A model generated the notes under the pieces. It ran no database searches and had not been told where the DNA came from. It worked only from the letters and a program-made list of their open reading frames with translations. The translations under genes and the position numbers were made by a program. A stretch of DNA of 22,492 bases from Myxococcota bacterium (GTDB taxonomy: Bacteria > Myxococcota > JACRCW01), in the NCBI GenBank assembly GCA_040752415.1, contig JBFMGU010000174.1:1-22492 (forward strand), read 5' to 3'. Below, piece after piece: positions 1 through 7,876 of the stretch (its first letter is position 1; each line of letters opens with the position of its first letter).

Positions 1-3
1 CGA

Positions 4-56
4 TGAACACCTCCTGGGGGGCCCCCCGCTGCCTGGGTGTTCAGCGAGGCCCCCCC
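4..56. repeat. Short palindromic/hairpin cluster downstream of the desaturase-rhodanese gene (possibly truncated by the window edge)
   Basis: TGAACACC (4-11) and GGTGTTCA (36-43) form an inverted pair enclosing the palindrome GGGGGGCCCCCC (16-27). GGCCCCCC (48-55) offers an alternative pairing. No clear U-tract. Confidence 0.4.
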
Positions 57-100
57 GTCACGCCCTCACCACGCCTTTGGGGCGCAGGGGACCAAGAGGG

Positions 101-1996
101 TCAACGCTGCGTTGCCGCCGGCGGGGAATCCGTCGCAGCGGCCAGGTCGAGCCGGCTGTATTCGGCCCAGGAGCCGTCGTAGTTGACCAGCTGTTCCGTC
201 GACACGCCGGTCTGCATGAGCGCGAAGTACACCGCCGCCGAGCGCGTTCCGGATTGACAGTAGGTCATCACCCGCGAGTCAGCGGACAAGCCGTGCTCGC
301 GGAACAAGGCGCGGAGCTCGTCGGGGGCGCGCAGCGTGCCGTTGGAGCGCTTGAACACGTGTACCCACTCCAGGTGCACCGCGTCCGGAATGTGACCGGC
401 GCGCCCGGCCTCGTCGTGCTGCTTCCTGCCGTCGAACTCGTCGCGCGAGCGCGTGTCCACGAACGTCACGCCGGAGGCGCGGAAGGACGCGAGCTCACTC
501 CACGTCAGGCGCGGCGGCTGCAAGGGCGCGGAGAGCACCACGTTGCCTTCCGTCGACGCACGCGGGACGCCCCCGGCCAGCCCATGCCCTGCTTCCTTCC
601 ACGCCAGCAGACCTCCGTCGAGGATGCGCACTTCCCGACCCGCCACCTCCCGAAGCGTCCACCACAGCCGATGCGCCTCGGGACCACCGTCGGTGTAGAG
701 CACCACCACGGACTCCGACGACACGCCGCGAGCGCGAAGCGCGCGTTCGAGCTCGTCGCGGGGACGGGAGAGACCCGGGATGGGCGCCTCCGTCGAGTAG
801 TCATCACGCCAGAGCGGTTGCGCGGACGGGATGTGGCCCTCCTCGAAACGCTTCCTGGGACGGACGTCGAGCAGGACCAAGCGAGGACTTCCCAGCGCTC
901 GCGCCAGCTCACGGACGCTCACCATGACGTCGGGACGCCCGTAACCCGCGGCCTTGGCGTCGTTTCCAAAGGAGCCCAGCGCGGCCGTCGCGTCGTCGAC
1001 GCTGAAGGCATACGCGTCCGGCGTCACCGTGGATGCAGCGGATGGCTGTGATGACGCGGCCTGCTCTCCCAACAACGGCGTGCGCACCTCACGCACGGGC
1101 GGCTGATGCAACACCCACCCCAACACCAGCACCCCGGCGCCAACCGCGCTTGCGGTCAGCGTGCCCCAGCGCGTCGACGGTAGGAGCCGGGTCAGCGGCC
1201 ACGCTTCCTGGGCGAAGAAGCTCTTCGGAAACGTCTCCACGCCGGCGAAACCGAGGCGGGGCGGCGGCTGGTCGGGCATGGACGCGGTGCCGAAGATCCA
1301 GTCCCACAGGCTGAAGATGATTCCGAAGTTCACCGTGGTGCGCGCATCCCCGTCGTAGTTGTGGTGCCAGATGTGCATCCGCGGGCTGTTGAGGATGTAG
1401 CGCCACCACCCGTGACCCAGGTCCAGGTTGGCGTGATTGAGATGCCCAATCAGTGTGCCGAAGATGGCGTGGACCATCACCGCTGTCGACGAGAAGCCGA
1501 GGAACGCCAGCGGCACATAGAGGAGCGCGCGGTAGACCACCACCTCCGTCCACTGGAAGCGGAAGGAGACAATCCAGTCCATCTCCCCGTCGACCACGCT
1601 GTGGTGGACCTTGTGCGTCTCCCACAGGAATCCCACGCGGTGCAGCAGGTTGTGCACGCCCCACTGGAGGAAATCCACGACGAGAAGCGCCACCACGATC
1701 TGCACCGCCACCGGCCAGCCCGACGCCAGGTTGCGGTAGACCCAGGTGGTCAGCCCCGCCTGCGCCAACGCGTGATCCAGGTGCGGCAGGAGGTGCGTGG
1801 CGGCGATGCCGTAGAGGATGACGCCGAGGAAGTGGCCGTTGAAGACGAGGTGCAGGAAGTCGGAGAGCAGGGTCCCGCGCAGCTGCTTCTGCTCCTTGCG
1901 CCACGGGAAGAAGTGCTCCAGCACCGCCACCACGACGGAGATGAGCGCCAGGGAGAGCGGGTAGAGATAGAGCGCCAGGAGGGACATTGCGCCCAC
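101..1996 (-). CDS. Sterol desaturase/fatty-acid hydroxylase family membrane diiron domain fused to a two-domain rhodanese (sulfurtransferase)
   Basis: N-half is hydrophobic with His boxes HNLLH, HKVHH, HLNH, HIWHH and the NFGIIFSLWDWIFGT motif. C-half has DVR..FEEGHIPSA, LDGGLLAW, DTRS..EFDG, GHIPDA, active loop YCQSGTRS (Cys codon 257-259) and NYDGSWAEY. One continuous frame. Start is GTG 1996 or ATG 1987. Confidence 0.92.
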   Translation of the reverse strand: MGAMSLLALYLYPLSLALISVVVAVLEHFFPWRKEQKQLRGTLLSDFLHLVFNGHFLGVILYGIAATHLLPHLDHALAQAGLTTWVYRNLASGWPVAVQIVVALLVVDFLQWGVHNLLHRVGFLWETHKVHHSVVDGEMDWIVSFRFQWTEVVVYRALLYVPLAFLGFSSTAVMVHAIFGTLIGHLNHANLDLGHGWWRYILNSPRMHIWHHNYDGDARTTVNFGIIFSLWDWIFGTASMPDQPPPRLGFAGVETFPKSFFAQEAWPLTRLLPSTRWGTLTASAVGAGVLVLGWVLHQPPVREVRTPLLGEQAASSQPSAASTVTPDAYAFSVDDATAALGSFGNDAKAAGYGRPDVMVSVRELARALGSPRLVLLDVRPRKRFEEGHIPSAQPLWRDDYSTEAPIPGLSRPRDELERALRARGVSSESVVVLYTDGGPEAHRLWWTLREVAGREVRILDGGLLAWKEAGHGLAGGVPRASTEGNVVLSAPLQPPRLTWSELASFRASGVTFVDTRSRDEFDGRKQHDEAGRAGHIPDAVHLEWVHVFKRSNGTLRAPDELRALFREHGLSADSRVMTYCQSGTRSAAVYFALMQTGVSTEQLVNYDGSWAEYSRLDLAAATDSPPAATQR

Positions 1997-2027
1997 GTCA
2001 TAGTCCGCGGGCGGCGCGCCGCAACGG

Positions 2028-3461
2028 TCAGCCCTCGCCAGTGCCGAGGTTGTAGCGCTTCAGCAGCGTGTAGAGGTGCTTGCGGTCAATGCCCGCTTCC
2101 CGCGCCGCCGACGAGATCTGCCCGCCGGACTTCTCCAGCAGCCGACGCACGTACGCCTCCTCGAACTGCTCGACGAGCTTCTCCTTGGCGTCCTTGAACG
2201 GCAGCGTCAGGTCCGCCTTGAGCTCCAGCGTGTCTCCCCCCCAGGTGGCCGGCATGGCGGCAGGCACCGCGTCCATGGGGATGGGCGGCGGACCGGCCAC
2301 GTTCATGGCAATGGGCGAGGGCGGCAGGATGGCGTCGAGGTCGTCGGCGTCCGCGAGGTAGAGCGCGCGCTCGATGACGTTGCGCAGCTCCCGCACGTTG
2401 CCCGGCCAGCGGTGCTGCGCCAGGCGGTGCATCAAGGCCGGGGTGAGACGCTGCAGCAGCTTGTCGCCGCCGGGGAGTTGCCGCGCGAACTGCTCGGCCA
2501 GCAGCGGAATGTCCTCGAGACGGTCGCGCAGCGGCGGGAGCGGCAACGTGAACACCGCGAGACGGAAGTAGAGATCCTCGCGGAACTTCCCCGCCTGCAC
2601 GTGCTGCCACAGGTCGCGTTGACTGGCGGCGATGATGCGCGCCTCCAGCTTGATGGTCTGGCTGCTGCCCACGCGGTGGAACTCCCGCTCCTCCAACGCG
2701 CGCAACAGCTTGGGCTGCAGGTCCAGCCGGAGATCGGCAAGCTCGTCGATGAACAGCGTGCCGCCCGCGGCCAGCTCCAACGCGCCACGTCGGGTGCTGG
2801 TGGCCCCGGTGAACGCCCCGCGCTCATGACCAAACAGCTCGCTCTCGATCAGGTTCTCCGCAATGGCACCGCAATCCACGACGACAAACGGCTTGCCCTT
2901 GCGACTGCTGGCATCATGCAGCGCCCGCGCCACCGCGCCCTTGCCGCAGCCGGTCTCGCCCAGGATGACCACGGTGGCGTCGGTGGCGGAGACGCGGTTG
3001 AGCAGGGAGAAGAGCTGGCGCATGCGCGGGCTGCGCCCCACCAGCTGGCCGAAATGGCTCTCCGGCCACATGGGCACGGCCATGGGCTTGAACAGCGGCT
3101 CAAAACGCAGCTGCACGTCACCGGCTTTGATGACGGCGCCGGGGCGCAGGTAGGCCTCCCGGATGCGGTACTGGTCGATCCAGAGGCCATTGGTGGAGCC
3201 CAGGTCGCGCAGCAGGTAGCCGTCGCCCTGGCTGATGAGCTCGAAGTGATCCCGGCTCACCGTCGGGTCGGGCAGCACCAGGTCATTGTCCTCACCCTTC
3301 CCTACCCGCACCCGCTCCCCGGTGATCTCCAGGACCGCGCCGGAGCGCGCACCGGTGAGCACGGTGAGCTGACAGCGCCGCTCCGTGGGCAGGCCGGGCT
3401 CCGCGGCGCTCAGCTCCGTCTTGACGTCGACGAACTCGGGACCCTGACGGGTGGTGACCAC
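2028..3461 (-). CDS. FHA-domain sigma54-dependent enhancer-binding protein (FHA-AAA+-Fis HTH)
   Basis: FHA motifs [16 protein letters not shown] and DLGSTNG. Walker [23 protein letters not shown], Walker [23 protein letters not shown]-terminal [19 protein letters not shown]. Confidence 0.95.
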   Translation of the reverse strand: MVTTRQGPEFVDVKTELSAAEPGLPTERRCQLTVLTGARSGAVLEITGERVRVGKGEDNDLVLPDPTVSRDHFELISQGDGYLLRDLGSTNGLWIDQYRIREAYLRPGAVIKAGDVQLRFEPLFKPMAVPMWPESHFGQLVGRSPRMRQLFSLLNRVSATDATVVILGETGCGKGAVARALHDASSRKGKPFVVVDCGAIAENLIESELFGHERGAFTGATSTRRGALELAAGGTLFIDELADLRLDLQPKLLRALEEREFHRVGSSQTIKLEARIIAASQRDLWQHVQAGKFREDLYFRLAVFTLPLPPLRDRLEDIPLLAEQFARQLPGGDKLLQRLTPALMHRLAQHRWPGNVRELRNVIERALYLADADDLDAILPPSPIAMNVAGPPPIPMDAVPAAMPATWGGDTLELKADLTLPFKDAKEKLVEQFEEAYVRRLLEKSGGQISSAAREAGIDRKHLYTLLKRYNLGTGEG

Positions 3462-3580
3462 GGCGTGTCCTTGGACGTTGCATCCCCGACGCGACCGCGG
3501 CGGGCGTTCCGGGCGTCTTCCTTAGGCCGCGCTGCTGTGCGCACACAACTGTCGGGCCCACGCGCCCACCCGCCGCTGGC

Positions 3581-3586
3581 TTGACA
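3581..3586 (+). promoter_or_regulatory. Candidate sigma70 -35 hexamer upstream of kinase 1
   Basis: Perfect TTGACA within GGCTTGACA, starting 72 nt before the TTG start. The same 9-mer precedes kinase 2. The -10 element is poor. Confidence 0.35.
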
Positions 3587-3652
3587 TGCTCACGCGCAAC
3601 GGCTGCCATGAGCGCACGCGGACGGCCACCGGCGTGACGGGGAGCGGGAACG

Positions 3653-4957
3653 TTGAGTGATGAGGGATTCAGGCCCTTTGTGCTGGGCCGCTACAACGTG
3701 CTCAAGCGCCTGGGACAAGGCGGCATGGCGGAGGTGCTCCTGGCCGAGCAACCTGGGCCGAAGGGGTTCGCCCGTCGGGTGACCATCAAGCGCGTGTTGC
3801 CGGAGCACGCAAGCGCCACCGAGTTCCTGCAGATGTTCCGCGACGAGGCCCGCCTGGGCATGCTGTTGCAGCACCCCAACATCGTCCAGGTGCTGGACTT
3901 CCACGACGACCCGCTGGGCGCGTACCTGGTCATGGAGTTCGTGCACGGGGCGGACCTCAGCGCGTTGCTGCGGGCCATGTCGCAACAGAAGCGGCACCTG
4001 CCGGTGAAGGTCTCCGTGTTCGTGGCGTGGAGCATGTTGCGCGGCCTGAGCCATGCGCACTCCGCGTGCAGCCCCGACGGAAAACCGCTGCAGCTGGTGC
4101 ACCGCGACGTCTCCCCGTCCAACGTGTTCCTCTCGCTGAGCGGCCAGGTGAAGCTGGGGGACTTTGGCGTGGCCAAGGCCCTGGGTCGCAGCACGCAGAC
4201 GCAGGTGGGCGTGCTCAAGGGCAAGCTCCGCTACATGGCGCCGGAGACGTTGCTCACGGGCCAGGTGGACGCGCGCGCGGACCTGTTCGCGGCGGGCGTG
4301 GTCTTGTGGGAGAGCCTGGCCACGCGCGTGCTGTTCACCGGCAAGACCGACTTCAACGTGGCAGAGGCGGTGATGAAGCAGCCGTTCCAGGCGCCCTCCA
4401 CGCTCAATCCCGAGGTGCCGCCGCTGCTGGACGAGGTGGTGCGTCGCGCGTTGGAGAAGGATCCGCTGAAGCGCTTCCAGACCGCGCGGGAGTTCGAGCA
4501 GGCGCTGTTTGCGCTGTTGGGCGGCAGCCACCCCGACGCACTGGGTGAATCCCTCTCCGAGCTGGTGCGCACGCACACGCGGGTCATCCCCGCCGCCGAG
4601 CTGGACGCGCTGCCCCGCCCGGTGCGCCAGGAGAAGCTGGCCGCGCCCGCGCCGCTGGACCTCCCGGGTCTGCCCCCCACGTCGAGCGTGCACACCGAGC
4701 CCACCCGCGTGGCGCCCGCTCCCAAGGTGGCGGACTGGTGGGAGGAACCGCCGCCGCCGCCCCCGCCGCCCGTCGACGACTTCTTTGCGCCGCTGCTCAA
4801 CAGCCCCCGTGACGCGCCCGCTCCGTCGTGGCCACCCAACAACGAGGCGACCATCCCCGTGGGACACGCTGCCCTCGTCGAGGAAACGCTGCTGGAGGAT
4901 CCCGCGGAGCTGGAGGCCACGATCCCGGATCACCCGCGACGCGACGGCTCGCGGTGA
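3653..4957 (+). CDS. Hanks-type Ser/Thr protein kinase 1 (cytoplasmic, Pro-rich tail)
   Basis: LGQGGMAEV, VTIK, HPNIV, HRDVSPSN, DFG, YMAPE, DLFAAG. TTG start with GGAG at 3641. No transmembrane segment. Confidence 0.95.
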   Translation: MSDEGFRPFVLGRYNVLKRLGQGGMAEVLLAEQPGPKGFARRVTIKRVLPEHASATEFLQMFRDEARLGMLLQHPNIVQVLDFHDDPLGAYLVMEFVHGADLSALLRAMSQQKRHLPVKVSVFVAWSMLRGLSHAHSACSPDGKPLQLVHRDVSPSNVFLSLSGQVKLGDFGVAKALGRSTQTQVGVLKGKLRYMAPETLLTGQVDARADLFAAGVVLWESLATRVLFTGKTDFNVAEAVMKQPFQAPSTLNPEVPPLLDEVVRRALEKDPLKRFQTAREFEQALFALLGGSHPDALGESLSELVRTHTRVIPAAELDALPRPVRQEKLAAPAPLDLPGLPPTSSVHTEPTRVAPAPKVADWWEEPPPPPPPPVDDFFAPLLNSPRDAPAPSWPPNNEATIPVGHAALVEETLLEDPAELEATIPDHPRRDGSR

Positions 4958-4962
4958 CCGGC

Positions 4963-4968
4963 TTGACA
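4963..4968 (+). promoter_or_regulatory. Candidate sigma70 -35 hexamer upstream of kinase 2
   Basis: Perfect TTGACA within GGCTTGACA in the short gap between the kinases. The -10 element is uncertain. Confidence 0.35.
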
Positions 4969-5025
4969 AGGTGATCCGCCACAAGTTGGATTTTCCGTCG
5001 GAGAGTGCGCGTGGAAGAGATGCCA

Positions 5026-6276
5026 ATGCAGCCCTTTGTGCTGGGCCGCTACAACGTGCTCAAGCGGCTGGGAGCGGGCGGCATGGCGGAGGTGCTGTTG
5101 GCGGAGCAACCCGGGCCCGCCGGCTTCTCACGCCTGGTCACCATCAAGCGCATCCTGGAGAAACACGCCCGCGACGCCGAGTTCATCCGGATGTTCGTCG
5201 ACGAGGCGCGCGTCTCCATGAGCCTGCAGCACCCCAACATCGTCCAGGTGTTGGACTTCCAGCAGCAGGGCAGTGACCACTTCATGGTGCTGGAGTTCGT
5301 GCACGGCGCGGACCTGGACCACCTCATCAACGCCCTCGCGCAGCGGTCACGCATCCTGCCGGTCCCGGTGACGGTGTTCGTGTTGTGGTTGGTGCTGCGC
5401 GGGCTGTCCTACGCGCACACCGCGGTGGGTCCCCGGGGTGAGCCGCTCATGCTCATCCACCGCGACATCTCGCCGGGAAACGTGCTGCTCTCCGCCACCG
5501 GGCAGGTGAAGCTCACGGACTTTGGCGTGGCCAAGGCGCGCGGCCGGGCCACGCAGACGCGGGTGGGCATCCTCAAGGGCAAGCTGCACTACATGGCGCC
5601 CGAGGCCATTGTGAGCGGGACCGTGGACCAGCGCGCGGACCTGTTCTCCGTGGGCGTGACGTTGTGGGAGGCCCTGACGGGGCGCCCGCTGTACAACGGC
5701 GAGACCGACTTCGTGGTGGCGCAGGCGGTGGTGACGCAGCCCTTCGTGGCGCCAAGCGTGCACCACCCCGCGGTCCCCCCGGAGGTGGACGAGGTGTGTC
5801 GACGGGCGCTGGAGCCGGACCCGGGCAAGCGCTTCCAGACCGCACGGCAGATGGAGCAGGCGCTGTTCGAGTGCATGCGCGGGCACCACCCCGACGAGCT
5901 GGGCGAGCAGTTGTCCGACCTGCTGAAGGCCCACCTGGACATTCCCTCGGTGGCGGACCTGGCCGCCCTGCCCCGCCCCGCGGCGTGGGAGCGCATGGAG
6001 CCCGCGCGCATCTCCTGGCCGCCGGTGGAGCGCGTCCACGGGGTCATCCCGGCCAGCGCCCTGGGTCCCGACGGGGCCAACGCCACCACGCTCCCGCTCG
6101 CGTCTCCTCGTCCCCTGGAGGATGACTTCTTCAACCCGCCGCAGGCCCCGCCCGTCGACGGGAGCACCACCACGCGCATGCCGCCGGAGGAGCTCAAGGT
6201 GTTGCGGGAGAAGTCCACGCCCCCGCTTCCCGACGACGACTTCTTCAACGTGGGCGCACCGCCACCTCGGAAGTGA
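5026..6276 (+). CDS. Hanks-type Ser/Thr protein kinase 2, paralogue of kinase 1
   Basis: LGAGGMAEV, VTIK, HRDISPGN, DFG, YMAPE. ATG 5026 (or 5020) after GGAAGAG is preferred over GTG 5005 because it aligns with the kinase 1 N-terminus (PFVLGRYNVLKRLG). Confidence 0.95.
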   Translation: MQPFVLGRYNVLKRLGAGGMAEVLLAEQPGPAGFSRLVTIKRILEKHARDAEFIRMFVDEARVSMSLQHPNIVQVLDFQQQGSDHFMVLEFVHGADLDHLINALAQRSRILPVPVTVFVLWLVLRGLSYAHTAVGPRGEPLMLIHRDISPGNVLLSATGQVKLTDFGVAKARGRATQTRVGILKGKLHYMAPEAIVSGTVDQRADLFSVGVTLWEALTGRPLYNGETDFVVAQAVVTQPFVAPSVHHPAVPPEVDEVCRRALEPDPGKRFQTARQMEQALFECMRGHHPDELGEQLSDLLKAHLDIPSVADLAALPRPAAWERMEPARISWPPVERVHGVIPASALGPDGANATTLPLASPRPLEDDFFNPPQAPPVDGSTTTRMPPEELKVLREKSTPPLPDDDFFNVGAPPPRK

Positions 6277-6459
6277 GGTTGTGAGGCCCGGGCCCGGCGG
6301 TTATGGCGCCGCGCACGCACGCACGTTGGCCCGACGGACGGACGAAGTGGCTGGGGCTGCGCGCGAGGGGATGGGGCGGACATCCCGGGCTGTTCCTCCA
6401 ACCGCGGCCAGGGGCGGGTGGTCCGCCCATTGGAATCGCCGCTGCAGGGAGGCTATGGC

Positions 6460-7491
6460 ATGAGCGTCGACGCAACGGAGACCGAGATGAACAACCCCGA
6501 AACCCTCCCGACCCTCACCCAGCACATCATGGCCAAGCAGGCGCAATATCCCGACGCGCGCGGCCAGTTCAGCATGCTCATGACGCAGATTGGCGTGGCG
6601 GGGAAGATCATCTCCGCGCAGGTCAAGCGCGCCGGCATCATTGAGCTGTGGGGCAACACCGGGAAGCAGAACGTGCAGGGTGAGACGGTGGAGAAGCTGG
6701 ACCGGATTGCCCAGGACACCATTGTCGACGTGCTCACGCAGAGCGGCTGCGTGGCGGGCATGGCCAGCGAGGAGGAGGACCACGTTATCGACGTGCCGCA
6801 GCAATGGGCCGGGGACTACGTCGTCTGCTTTGACCCGCTGGACGGCTCCTCCAACATCGACGCCAACGTCTCCATTGGCACCATCTTCGCCATCTACCAC
6901 CGCACCGATCCCAAGGCGGTGGGGCAACGCGACTTCCTGCGCAAGGGTCGGGAGCAGGTGGCGGCGGGGTACATCATCTACGGCTCGTCGACGGCGCTGG
7001 TGTATTCCGACGGGCGCACCGTGGACTGCTTCACGCTGGACCCCTCCTGCGGCGAGTACTTCCTCACGCGCGAGAACATGAAGTGGCCGGACAAGACCGG
7101 CATCCTGTCCATCAACGAGTGCAACGAGCCCTACTGGCCCGACGGCGTGAAGGCCTACGTGGACGCGGTGAAGGCACGCAATGACACCGAGAAGCGTCGC
7201 GTGAGCTCCCGGCACATTGGCAGCCTGGTGAGCGACTTCCACCGCAACCTGGTCAAGGGCGGCATCTTCCTCTACCCCAAGGGCAAGGACGGCAAGGGCA
7301 AGCTCCGCGTCCTCTACGAGTGCAACCCGCTGGCCTTCATTGCCGAGACCGCCGGTGGCGCCGCGTCCGACGGGAAGCGCGCCATCCTGGACATCGAGCC
7401 CGCGGGCCTGCACGAGCGCACCGGCCTGGTGATTGGTCACAAGGGTGAGGTGGAGCTGGCCTGCAGCTACCTCAGCGGCGCCAAGGCCTGA
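6460..7491 (+). CDS. fbp: Class 1 fructose-1,6-bisphosphatase
   Basis: NVQGE..KLD, ASEE, FDPLDGSSNIDANVSIGTIF, SINE, GSLVSDFHRNLVKGGIFLYP, GKLRVLYECNP. GGAGG at 6448-6452 supports ATG 6460. Confidence 0.97.
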   Translation: MSVDATETEMNNPETLPTLTQHIMAKQAQYPDARGQFSMLMTQIGVAGKIISAQVKRAGIIELWGNTGKQNVQGETVEKLDRIAQDTIVDVLTQSGCVAGMASEEEDHVIDVPQQWAGDYVVCFDPLDGSSNIDANVSIGTIFAIYHRTDPKAVGQRDFLRKGREQVAAGYIIYGSSTALVYSDGRTVDCFTLDPSCGEYFLTRENMKWPDKTGILSINECNEPYWPDGVKAYVDAVKARNDTEKRRVSSRHIGSLVSDFHRNLVKGGIFLYPKGKDGKGKLRVLYECNPLAFIAETAGGAASDGKRAILDIEPAGLHERTGLVIGHKGEVELACSYLSGAKA

Positions 7492-7528
7492 GGGGCCGGG
7501 TCAGAGACTCTCAGCTCATGACGACGAG

Positions 7529-7857
7529 GCGGGCGAGCACGGAAGGGGCTGCGTCAGAACAAAGATGCCAGCGGGATTGCGGACGTCGTGAGCGGGCCAC
7601 GAGCTGGAGTGCGGCGGGCCCTCGCCGCCCTGGCCAGCGCCCAGCGGGTTCCACCACCCGCCAACGGACCGGCGTGCGCAGCCGCGGCACATTCCCCGGC
7701 GTGGCGGAGTCCGGCCTTCGCGAGCAGCCGTTGAAGACGCACTTGGCGCTGGCCAGGGCGGCGAGGGCCCGCCGCACTCCAGGTCGTGGCCCGCTCACGA
7801 CGTCCGCAATCCCGCTGGGCATCTTGTTCTGACGCAGCCCCTTCCGTGCTCGCCCGC
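7529..7857. repeat. Long inverted-repeat element (113-bp arms, 103-bp spacer), REPIN/MITE-like
   Basis: 7529-7641 is the reverse complement of 7745-7857 except for one substitution (GAGCT/GACCT) and a compensating 1-nt shift (AACAAAGATGCCA/AACAAGATGCCCA). It lies between convergent fbp and the lptE-like gene. GACGAC occurs at 7520-7525 and 7861-7866. Confidence 0.93.
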
Positions 7858-7876
7858 TGCGACGACACCCGCTGGT

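Noticed and set aside
77..1051. 324-aa plus-strand ORF (and 1361-2197)
   Set aside because: Antisense shadow of the motif-rich fusion gene; Arg/His/Val-rich with no domain.
3595..3609. Minus-strand GG-N10-GC (TGGCAGCCGTTGCGC) as a sigma54 promoter; similar hits near 6304 and 14988
   Set aside because: The -12 element lacks TTGC at the correct spacing, and such matches are frequent at this GC content.
2076..5026. Long ORFs 2076-3584 (+) and 3590-5026 (-)
   Set aside because: Shadows opposite the activator and kinase 1, typical of high-GC DNA.
6312..6344. (GCAC)3 and (GACG)3 microsatellites upstream of fbp
   Set aside because: Too short to support phase variation; plausible by chance.
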